From: Sphaerodactylus townsendi
Taxonomy: Eukaryota
NCBI RefSeq assembly: GCF_021028975.2
Contig: NC_059429.1
Coordinates: forward strand, 138,508,001-138,572,000
Length of the DNA: 64,000 nt
Direction: 5' to 3'
Shown here piece by piece: positions 29,601 to 39,460 of the stretch (its first letter is position 1; every line of letters begins with the position of its first letter). The notes below the pieces were generated by a model. It was not told the DNA's origin. It was given only the letters and a program-made list of their open reading frames with translations, and did no database searches. A program made the translations under genes and the position numbers.

Positions 29601-32600
29601 CAGCCCCACCTACCTCGCAGGGTGTTTGTTGTGAGGGGGGAAGGGCAAGGAGATTGTCAGCCCCTTTGAGTCTCCTGCAAGAGAGATAAGGGGGGATATA
29701 AATCCAAACTCTTCTTCTTCTTCTTCTTCTTCTTCTTCTTCTTCTTCTTCTTCTTCTTCTTCTTCTTCTTCTCCTCCTTCTCCTTCTGCACAAATGAAAC
29801 CTCAGGCTGGCGTGCCTTCAGCAACAATTTTTTTCTTAGGAGCACTAAAACACCGCAAGCAAGTCCCAAAACGATTGTGACTGACAGGGTGCTGAGGACA
29901 TGGATCTCAAATCATAGACTTAAAAAGTAGCCAGGGGTGTAAATACCAGCCAACCCAACCCAACCCAACTCAGCAGCTGAGGGCAGCCAGATTCCACCAC
30001 TGAACTTGCCTCTTCGTTGAAAAGTTTGTACTAGTATTCTGCTGATCTCTCCCCAGCCGTAATATCTCCCTCAAGCTCTTCTTCTCCCGGCTGATCCTGG
30101 CCAGTTTTTGCAGGCTCTCCTTGTAAGGCTTACTTTCCAAACCCCAGACTTTCTGGTTCCTCTCTTCTTCGGCACCCGCTCTAAACTTTCTTTCTGTGTG
30201 TGCAAATGTTACAGGCCCTCGGCTGACTTCTGACCACTTCCAGTTTCCTCTCCCAACATTACTAGGTAGCACTCTGTTTATTTTCAACTTATTCTCCATA
30301 AAATAGTCTATAAAGCACAACGGCTGATTGGACTTTCTCAGGCTGGGCCCCAAGGCAGACAGTCAGTTAACTGAGATATACAAACAAATTCCATCTGGAA
30401 TCAAAAGGTTCTCGGAATAAAAGGTTGGAATTAGCACATTTTAAATGTCTGCTAAAATATCGGCAAGCCTGATCAGATTGTATCTAGTTCTAGATGCCTT
30501 TTTATAGGAAAGAGGTAGAAACTTTTATGTTACGGTTGGTTTTAAAACAAGCAAGTGCCACACAGCATCACGCTGTGCTGATGACCAACCTGGACTCTGG
30601 ACAAGAGGCAGGGCAGGTTAGAGCCAAGGATGGTTTCCAATTGGCCAACGTGCCAGGTGACACATTTTATCACCCTGACTCTTCAATCTGTATGCAGAAC
30701 ATATCATAAGGAAAGCTGGATTAGATCTAGATGAAGTTGGGAGTGAAAATTGGTGGAAGGAACATTAACAATTTAAGATATGCAGGTGACGCCACATTAC
30801 TGGCAGGAGAGAAGGAAGACTTTAAATGACTACTGCTGAATGTTAAAGCAGAAAGTGCCAAGGCAGAGGAACACCAGGCAAAAGTAATGACGACAAGGGA
30901 GTTACACAACTGTCCAGATTCTAGCCCAGCAGCGCATGAGAGGCCAACAGGAGTTTCAGGGTGTGAACTTTTGAAGGTCAAAGCTGCCTTTCTCAGACTG
31001 GGGAGCAGAAATGAAGATCCCTGAGTCCTTTTATGCTCCTCAGAAGGTGGGAGGGGTGTTGTATGAGATGCTCATGAAGGATGGGTGTGTTGAGTGCTGT
31101 TGCTTCTCAGAAGACCCTGAATAGTTGTCCTCTCAAATGACCTCTCCTGAACAGCTTTGCTCAGGTCTTGCAAAGTGAGACTGTGANNNNNNNNNNNNNN
31201 NNNNNNNNNNNNNNNNNNNNNNNNNNNNNNNNNNNNNNNNNNNNNNNNNNNNNNNNNNNNNNNNNNNNNNNNNNNNNNNNNNNNNNNNNNNNNNNNNNNN
31301 NNNNNNNNNNNNNNNNNNNNNNNNNNNNNNNNNNNNNNNNNNNNNNNNNNNNNNNNNNNNNNNNNNNNNNNNNNNNNNNNNNNNNNNNNNNNNNNNNNNN
31401 NNNNNNNNNNNNNNNNNNNNNNNNNNNNNNNNNNNNNNNNNNNNNNNNNNNNNNNNNNNNNNNNNNNNNNNNNNNNNNNNNNNNNNNNNNNNNNNNNNNN
31501 NNNNNNNNNNNNNNNNNNNNNNNNNNNNNNNNNNNNNNNNNNNNNNNNNNNNNNNNNNNNNNNNNNNNNNNNNNNNNNNNNNNNNNNNNNNNNNNNNNNN
31601 NNNNNNNNNNNNNNNNNNNNNNNNNNNNNNNNNNNNNNNNNNNNNNNNNNNNNNNNNNNNNNNNNNNNNNNNNNNNNNNNNNNNNNNNNNNNNNNNNNNN
31701 NNNNNNNNNNNNNNNNNNNNNNNNNNNNNNNNNNNNNNNNNNNNNNNNNNNNNNNNNNNNNNNNNNNNNNNNNNNNNNNNNNNNNNNNNNNNNNNNNNNN
31801 NNNNNNNNNNNNNNNNNNNNNNNNNNNNNNNNNNNNNNNNNNNNNNNNNNNNNNNNNNNNNNNNNNNNNNNNNNNNNNNNNNNNNNNNNNNNNNNNNNNN
31901 NNNNNNNNNNNNNNNNNNNNNNNNNNNNNNNNNNNNNNNNNNNNNNNNNNNNNNNNNNNNNNNNNNNNNNNNNNNNNNNNNNNNNNNNNNNNNNNNNNNN
32001 NNNNNNNNNNNNNNNNNNNNNNNNNNNNNNNNNNNNNNNNNNNNNNNNNNNNNNNNNNNNNNNNNNNNNNNNNNNNNNNNNNNNNNNNNNNNNNNNNNNN
32101 NNNNNNNNNNNNNNNNNNNNNNNNNNNNNNNNNNNNNNNNNNNNNNNNNNNNNNNNNNNNNNNNNNNNNNNNNNNNNNNNNCTCTTTTCCTGCTGACTTC
32201 AATGTTTCCTAGCATTATTGTCCTTTCCAGCGACTCTTGTCTTCTCATGACGTGACCAAAGTACCACAGCCTCCGTTTAGTTATTTGACCTTTCAGGGAC
32301 AGTTCAGGCTTGATTTGATCTCGGGCCCACTGATCAGTTGTGGTTTTTCTTGGGTGGCCCAGGGCATCTGCAACACCCTCTTCCAACACCACATTTCAGA
32401 AGAAGTGAAGACAACAGAGGTACAATTCATATTGTAATTAGCTTGATCAGAGCCTGGGGCAGAAAATTTACGATCCAAAACAAAATAAGAATCCAGTGTC
32501 CCTGTTCAGCCCAGAAGGGGGGGGGGGATGTGTGTCCATGGTTCTCCAGGATAGGACCACAGGATTCTTACCTCGTCACAGATATTTTCTCCCCCCCCCC

Positions 32601-35600
32601 CCGCTCTAGCCAAACTGATCTCAATTCCCACGGTACCTCTGCATCCTTCAACAGTGATCCTTTCAACCCCCCTCCCGCCTTCTGACTAGGATAAAAGGAC
32701 TCAGAAATCACCGTTTCTGCTCTGCTCCTCTCTGAGGAAGGGAGATTTGGCTCTTGAAAGCCGACACCTGGACGCTCTTGCGGTCCCCTAAGTGCCGCTG
32801 GACTGGAATCTAACTGTTCTACTACGGCCCAGTCTGACCACATCCTCTGAAATCTCAAGACTGATGATGAAACAATTGACGTTGCTGTTCTGTTGTCTCC
32901 ACCACCAATTAAAAGGGAGACTGTAGGCAAGAAACCAGGCGACTGAGACTGGGCAGGGCGAGCCACGAAGGACCTAGAAAAGCTTCCCGAGAGTGAGGGT
33001 GTGTCCCTGGCAATAAAGATCAAGATAATTCCTGCCAGAGTATTCCTCATGATTATGTATGGGTGTGAAAATTGGATAATGAAGGGAGCTGACAGCAAGG
33101 AAGATTCCTCTGAAACGTGGGGCTGGAGGAGAGTGTCGCAGCCACCGCAGACGGCCAGAAGGACAAGGAAGTGGGCCCACGGCCAAATCAAGCCTGAACT
33201 CTCCCTAGAACAGTGGTGGCAAACCTATGGCACGGGTGCCAGAGGTGGCACTCAGAGCCCTCTCTGTGGGCACGCGCAAACAGAGTGCCCCCCCACATCT
33301 AGGCTGGCCTGGGCCGCTGGGCTCGATTATTAGCATTAAACCTTAGTTTTGGGGAAGCAGTGTAGGTAACCCTGTTAAACGCTGTTAAACCCCGCTGATT
33401 TTCATGGGAAGAACTAAAGCGCGATCCTTTACCTGGGAGTAAGCTCGGTTGCTGGCAATGGGGCTTGCTTCTGAGTAAACTCTCCTAGGGTTGTGAATCA
33501 CCCGTGGAAGAGTTACACGGTTGCTTCAAAGCAAAGCTACCGACTACCACCAAGCCTACTCCCGAGTAACGCGCGCCTCGGAGCCAACCGTTTTTTCTAA
33601 ACTAAAACCTCAGCATTCAGGTTAAATTGCCGTGTGGGCACTTTGCGATAAAGAAGTGGGTTTTGGGTTGCAGTTTGGGCACTCGGTCTCGAAAAGGTTC
33701 GTCATTACTGCCCTAGAACTGCGGTGGCGAACCTTTGGCACTCCAGCTGTTATGGACTACAATTCCCATCAGCCCCTGCCAGCATGGCCAATTGGCCATG
33801 CTGGCAGGGACTGATGGGAATTGTAGTCCATAACAGCTGGAATGCCAAAGGTTCGCCACCACTGCCCTAGAAGCTAGAATGACCCAACTGAGGCTATCGT
33901 ACTTTAGTCACCCCATGAGAAAACCAAACGAACTGGAAAAGACAACAATGCTAGGAAAAGCTGAAGGCAGCAAGAAAAGAGAAGGACCCAGAATGAGACA
34001 GATTGACTCCACCACGGAAGCCACGGCCCTCCGTTTGCCAGACCTGAGCAGGGCTTGTCGAAGACCTTCAAGGCTGGACTCAACTGGTTCTGGTGGGTTT
34101 TCCGGGCTGTGTGGCCGTGGTCTGGTAGATCTTGTTCCTAATGTTTCGCCTGCATCTGTGGCCGGCATCTTCAGAGGTGTATCACAGAGAGAAGTGTGGT
34201 ACTGGACACAGTGCGTGACACACTTCTCTCTGTGACACACCTCTGAAGATGCCAGCAACAGATGCAGGTGAAACATTAGGAACAAGATCTACTAGACCAC
34301 GACTGTTGGAAGAAAAGGGACTTTACGCTGTTTCCTGCCTCATCCTGCAGAGGGGGTTTTTACTAGCGAGCTAGTGGCTAGATAGGGACTTAGGAATGTG
34401 TCACCTTTACTCTATCATGCTGACTCTATCCCTTTGATGTAGACTGATACTCTTAGGGACTTCCTCCCTTGCTTCCGCCTTCTTCTCGGACCTCTCCATC
34501 TTACCTTCACCATGCCTAGGGAGAGGATGTGTCTCCTGCGCATCCGCCTCCAACCAGCTAGATTAGACTAGATAGTGAACCTATCTCTCCACCTTTCTAT
34601 CCAGAATGGAGTTCACTAATAAATACTCTTTTCATTAGATCAGAAACTACAAATGACTCTGACTTTCTTTTGTGTCTGAAGGTTTCTAGCCAGCTCAGCC
34701 ACACGTGTGTGCTCAGGTGAGCTTCCCTGTGTTCCGCCTCTGTGCCGCTCTGCTACTTTTGCAAGGGAAACACACGCACCAGGTGTGGTTCTCCCAACAA
34801 TGACCACACAGCCCAGAAAACCCACCAGAACCAGCTGAGCAGGGCTGTTCGTGATAGGCCATTTTGGAGGTCATTCATGAATAGGGTGGCCGTAAGTCAG
34901 AAGCAATTTGACAGCACTTCACACACACACACACTGTTCCGTCACGTTCCGTGTTGTCTCCTCTGCCTGGCAGCTGTTGTCCAGGATTTCTGGCACACCG
35001 AAGGGCTTCTCATCTGAGAACTGAAATCCCTGCTGGGGACTGACCCAGATTCCGTCTGCACGCAAAGGAAGCCACTGCTCCTCACATGCAGCTCGCCACA
35101 GAGACCTCTAGTTGAGAAGCTGAGTTTCAAGGGAGGCTTTCTCACCCTGCCCAGGCACGCAACCACTACAGACCCACAATACCTACAGCCATATTCCACC
35201 TGGATGAGTCGGACGCTCTTGGTGGAAGCAAAGATGTCCACCACGGCATAGAGGGGGTGGGAAGCAGGGAGGCCCTTGGCGCTGGGCCCCATGTCCTCTC
35301 CGTTGATGACCATGTGCATGTTGGCCGTCCCGTCGGGCTGCAGGGTGTAGAGCACCCCAATGCGGCTCCTCCTGGCTGTTGCGGGGAGCACGTTGCTCTT
35401 GTACAGGTTGTCGAGGATGTGGCTGTACCGGCCGGGCCTGCTCCGCCCCACCAGCTTCTCTCGGGGGATCCTGACGTTCTCGACCAGCAAAAAGGGGTCG
35501 GAGAGAAAGCCCCGCACTCTGCCCGAGGCCTGCTCCGCAGCGGCATCCGGGGTGATCCGGTTGTGGTTGCGGGTGATGGCAAAAACCCAGCTGTCGCCCC

Positions 35601-35874
35601 GGTTGACCAAATCGGGCAGGGAATACTCCGGCACTACGTCCAGGCTGGAGGGGTCGCAGGCCGTCAGCCCCACCCGCAGGTGGCCGCACCACCCCAGCTC
35701 CTTCTCCTCGATCTCCACCAGAAAGATCTGTCCTGGGGCCAGGGGTTCCTGGCTGAAGCACAGCCCGTTGGCAAAGCTCTCCACGCGGGTGGCCCGGGTG
35801 CGGGACGGATCCAGGCAGACGTTGGCCCCGTGGACGGGGTGGAACCTGCTAGACGGGGAGCTGGCAGCCGCCAT
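23613..35874 (-). CDS. NEURL2: Neuralized-like 2 / Ozz E3 ligase adaptor (exons 35874-35187, 23728-23613; ~267 aa)
   Basis: NHR domain (RFHPVHGANV...GHLRVGLT...LYAVVDIFASTKSV) spliced in phase 1 to a SOCS box (PSLQTLCRLAIQ...LCKYE). Confidence 0.95.
25484..25626. mobile_element. Short PLE fold-back insertion
   Basis: TSD cgtgttaatga/catgttaatga; truncated hammerhead motif. Confidence 0.65.
25778..26080 (-). mobile_element. Young Squam3-like SINE
   Basis: Full-length with (CTT)n tail; near-identical copies at ~24280-24580(-), 29412-29785(+), 36843-37138(+), 40945-41235(+), 51628-51930(-) and 56800-57132(-). Confidence 0.8.
28161..28521. mobile_element. PLE fold-back insertion with two intact hammerhead motifs (28248-28290 minus, 28430-28470 plus)
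   Basis: Perfect 14-bp TSD cagagttgcatttt at 28147-28160 and 28522-28535. Confidence 0.85.
29710..29785 (+). repeat. (CTT)n microsatellite forming a SINE tail
   Basis: About 20 CTT units directly after the SINE body. Confidence 0.9.
30640..32400. mobile_element. RTE/BovB-like LINE fragments flanking an assembly gap
   Basis: GVKIGGRNINNLRYAGDAT (+) and IKPELSLKGQITKRRLWYFGHVMRR (-). Confidence 0.7.
31187..32181. other. Assembly gap (995 N)
   Basis: Run of N. Confidence 1.
33211..33710. mobile_element. ~500-bp non-autonomous hAT element
   Basis: TIR CAGTGGTGGCAAACCT; TSD ccctagaa; other copies at 54333-54829 and ~60235-61235. Confidence 0.85.
33719..33864. mobile_element. Palindromic hAT MITE in tandem at the same target site
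   Basis: Flanked by ccctagaa at 33711-33718 and 33865-33872. Confidence 0.85.
34056..34834. mobile_element. PLE fold-back insertion interrupted by a solo LTR
   Basis: 12-bp TSD ctgagcagggct at 34044-34055 and 34835-34846. Confidence 0.8.
34304..34799 (+). mobile_element. Solo LTR (496 bp)
   Basis: TGTTGG...CCAACA termini, 5-bp TSD acgac/atgac, internal AATAAA at ~34618. Confidence 0.75.
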
Positions 35875-35906
35875 ATCAGCGCCTCACCCAAGAGGCTCAG
35901 CCCAGG

Positions 35907-35941
35907 CTATTTTTAAGTGGGGCTGTGAGTCGAGGCAGCTG
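35907..35941 (-). promoter_or_regulatory. Putative muscle promoter module of NEURL2 (MEF2 site plus E-box)
   Basis: CTATTTTTAA at 35907-35916 fits the MEF2 consensus YTA(A/T)4TAR; CAGCTG at 35936-35941. Confidence 0.6.
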
Positions 35942-38199
35942 CTGGGCAGCCTGTGCAGCCTCCAAGTAGGGGAGGGGAAGTGGCTGGATTTGGCCAGGTC
36001 CTAATGCCCCGCAGCTCCCACGGACCAAAATGGGCCCCGCAGAAGAGGCCTGCTTTGCCTCGCCTCGCCTTTTGGTTTAGCCCAGGGGCCTGCAACCTGT
36101 GGCTCTCCAGATGGCCATGATGGCAGGGGCTGATGGGAATTGTAGTCCATGAACATCTGGAGAGCCGCAGGTTGCAGGCCCCTGGTTGAGCCTGATCTTT
36201 ATATCCTGCACTTCAACGCCCATCACAGCATTTGAAATTCAGAGCACAAAAACAATATTAGAAGCTTTGCCACTCTCTCCCCTGAGAGATTCGTTTGTCA
36301 CCCTCTGTTAGCGTCTTCCACCAGTAGGGGAAGATATCTATAGTTTGTTTGGCATACCCCCCCCCCAAAAAAAAAAGAAACCAACCCCACACACAACTGC
36401 TATCGGCCTTCCTCCCTGGTTCTGGTATTATTCGTTTTATGTGGACTGGTGGACTGTGGACTGGTGGACTGGTGGACTGTGTTTTTAATTTAACGAATTC
36501 ATCGTTTTAAATGCTGTGTTTAATTGTTCAAATGTTTTAATATTTCAAGATGCCCCACCCTGAGGATGCTGATCAGGTGTTTGGGAAAAGTGGCAGCCAC
36601 CCGGCTCCTGAAAGCAGCAGCTCAGCCTGTACTCAGCCCTTCCAACTCCACGATTCTAATAAGCAGCCCTTCCCAAGTAATTAATCGTCGGGCAGGCTGG
36701 CAAGAAGAAAGCGTTCTGTCTGCCCCTCTGAAAACCAAAGGAAATGTGCCCTGTGCTTCAGCAGAGAGGGAGACCTGGACTCTGGGGGCCACCATCGGAA
36801 GGGCCCCGTCACATGCCAGACGGGAGGCTCTGCCTGGAGGAAGGAGCAGCAGTGGCGTAGGAGGTTAAGAGCTCGTGTATCTAATCTGGAGGAACCGGGT
36901 TTGATTCCCAGCTCTGCCGCCTGAGCTGTGGAGGCTTCTCTGGGGAATTCAGATTAGCCTGTGCACTCCCACACACGCCAGCTGGGTGACCTTGGGCTAG
37001 TCACAGTTCTTCGGAGCTCAGCCCCACCTACCTGACAGGGTGTTTGTTGTGAGGGGGGAAGGGCAAGGAGATTGTCAGCCCCTTTGAGTCTCCTACAAGG
37101 AGAGAAAGGGGGAATATAAATCCAAACTCTTCTTCTTCAACTCTCCCTGTCCCAAACCACTCGCAAGAGGAAAACCAGCACTTTGCACTGTGCCCAGAGA
37201 CAGACCGGCAGCCCTTGAAGGGGGAATTCACACTGGAATCACACGGTCAGTGTGACCTCCGGCACTTTGAGCTACTTCAAGGATATCGCCTTTGAACTGG
37301 CCAAAGTCCTGGCGGGGCTACTGGTGTCCTGGGCCTTGTCTGGCCGACAGGGTTTATGAGGAGTCGCTCAGCAGGATCTGCAGACAGCAAAGGCAGCCAG
37401 TATGACGGGCAAACAGCTCTCCGCTCCCCCGGTGGTCTCAGCGCAGAGGGTGGGAGGCTCCACGGCTGCTCTGGCTATGCCTCGTCATCTCTCACCGTGG
37501 CAGAAGGGGCCCCTTAGAGACTCTTGCCCTGGGACCCCGGAGCCAGAGGGCACCACCAGCACCAGTGGCCGGCAATCGCTGGCTATTCTGAAGAAGGGAA
37601 CTATGTGGAGGACCACAGATGCCAGCCTCGAAATGCAGATCCACTTCCACCGCTCATGGCAGAGTGATGTGCCAGCGATGCCCCCGCGGGTGGCACACAT
37701 AGATGCTGCTGACTCCTGCGTGCTGCTGTGGCCACGGCTCCTGATGCCACACAGCCACCCTTTACACCCAGAGTGCCAGAAGCCAGGGGGGAAGGGCATC
37801 TGGACCTCTGGCTCCTCAGGAGCACAAATGGCAGCAAGGGTCTCTCTCGGTGCCAACGCACTCCAAGGCGCCCAGAAGGCGCAGCAGGTGCGAATCACCG
37901 CCTGCAGCCGAGCGCCCCTTTCCCCGGGGGGCACCCAAAGGGCAACCAGCCGCAGCCCCTCCGCACTGGCCGGGCGCCCACGACGGACCGCTCGAGCCAA
38001 GATGGCACAGCCTAGCCAGGTGGGCCCCTCCTGGCATCAGAACCGGGCAGGCCGCAGAGCGCTGCCACCCCCGTTCCCAGACAGCCACCTGCGGTGGGCC
38101 CCGGGCAGTGTGTGCCGGGAGGAGCGCCGATGCAACTCTGCACCGCCAGGCAGCCCCTGCAGCTGGGCCCTCCCTGGGAAGGCGGCCGGGGAGAAGCGC

Positions 38200-38381
38200 A
38201 CCCGCGCGCGCCGCTCTTACGGGCACTACGGTAGGCGCCGCCCGCGATTGGCCCCGGCGCCCGCCCTCGGCCCCGCCCCTCCGTCAGGTGGTCGGGCCGG
38301 GTCATATGAGCGGCGGTCACGTGGGCCTGGCCCCAGTCGCCGGTGCTGCGCTGCCGACGGACGGACCGACGAAGGCAGAAG
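38200..38381 (+). promoter_or_regulatory. CTSA CpG-island promoter and non-coding exon 1 (donor at 38382)
   Basis: Inverted CCAAT, GC box, and CLEAR/TFEB-type GTCACGTGG at 38316-38324. Confidence 0.7.
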
Positions 38382-38475
38382 GTGAGCGAGCGGACACCTG
38401 CCTACCTGCCTGCGCGCATCCTGAGCCCTCCACGCACTTACGCGCTCTCTGTCTGTCTCTCTCTCTCCCCGGCAG

Positions 38476-39429
38476 ATGCGTCCTGCTGGATGTGCGCGGC
38501 TGTGGCTGCTGCTGCTGGCGGCGGCGGCCGGCGGGGTCGGGGCGGGGCCGGCGGGGCACGAGGTGGGCTACCTGCCCGGGCTGGCCAAGCAGCCGGCCTT
38601 CAAGCACTACTCGGGCTACCTGGACGTGGATGGAGACAAGCACCTGCACTACTGGTAGGCGCCCGGGGGACGGAGAGACGGGGGAGGGCGGGCGGGCAGG
38701 GGGGCGGCGGGCACCCTCCGGCCGCTCACCCACCTGGGGTCGCCCGGTGCCTTGCAGGTTCGTGGAGGCGCAGGGCGGCGGCGCGGCGGAGAAGCCCCTG
38801 GTGCTCTGGCTGAACGGCGGGCCCGGCTGCAGCTCCGTCACCGGCCTGCTCACCGAGCACGGGCCCTTCACGGTCAGTGGCTGGCCCCACCCGCCCCAGG
38901 GAGGGAGGGAGGGAGGGAGCGTCGGGGTCGCCCAGCCTCCTTCTAGGTTGGTTGCGGCTGCCCGGAGCACTGGCACTGCTCTGCTGCTGGCAGAGGCCTG
39001 GAGCCAGGCTGGGGTGTGCCTCTGTGGGCCCCCTGCCTGTCACCTGCACCCCCAAGGAGAGCACCTAAGACAGGTGCCAAGGGTGGGGGAGAAGTCTCCA
39101 GACACGGAGCCACAAGGGCGGCTGCTTCTCTTGCAGGTCCAGGAGGACGGCGCCACCCTGGAATTCAACGACTATGCCTGGAATAGGGTAAGGCCTGCTG
39201 CCCCTGCTCCTGCCAGCCCTTGAAATTGGTGCCCAGAGGTGGGAGGGCTCAGCGGGGGGCTGATCGGGCTGGAGGCATCGTTGACCACCCGGCCGCGTGT
39301 TTCGGACCTTGAGCGTGACCTGGGGCTTTCTCTGCAGCTGGCCCACATTCTGTACCTGGAGTCCCCGGTTGGCGTCGGCTACTCCTATTCGGACGGCAAA
39401 GACTACCGGACCAACGACACAGAGGTGCG

Positions 39430-39460
<31 letters not shown>

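Larger units (their letters stand above)
32830..34925 (+). mobile_element. RTE/BovB-like LINE fragment hosting nested hAT, PLE and LTR insertions
   Basis: IMYGCENWIMK...IKPELSLE | ARMTQLRLSYFSHPMR rejoin once the inserts are removed; ends in a (CA)n tail. Confidence 0.75.

Noticed and set aside
31072-32392. Long ORFs of 342-419 aa
   Set aside because: Artefacts of the N gap plus RTE remnants.
36441-36480. Short GTGGACT(G) tandem repeat
   Set aside because: Simple slippage repeat without spacers; not CRISPR-like or telomeric.
37402-38385. 327-aa (+) and 171-aa (-) ORFs upstream of CTSA
   Set aside because: No recognisable domain; low-complexity R/A/P/G composition expected from a GC-rich CpG island.
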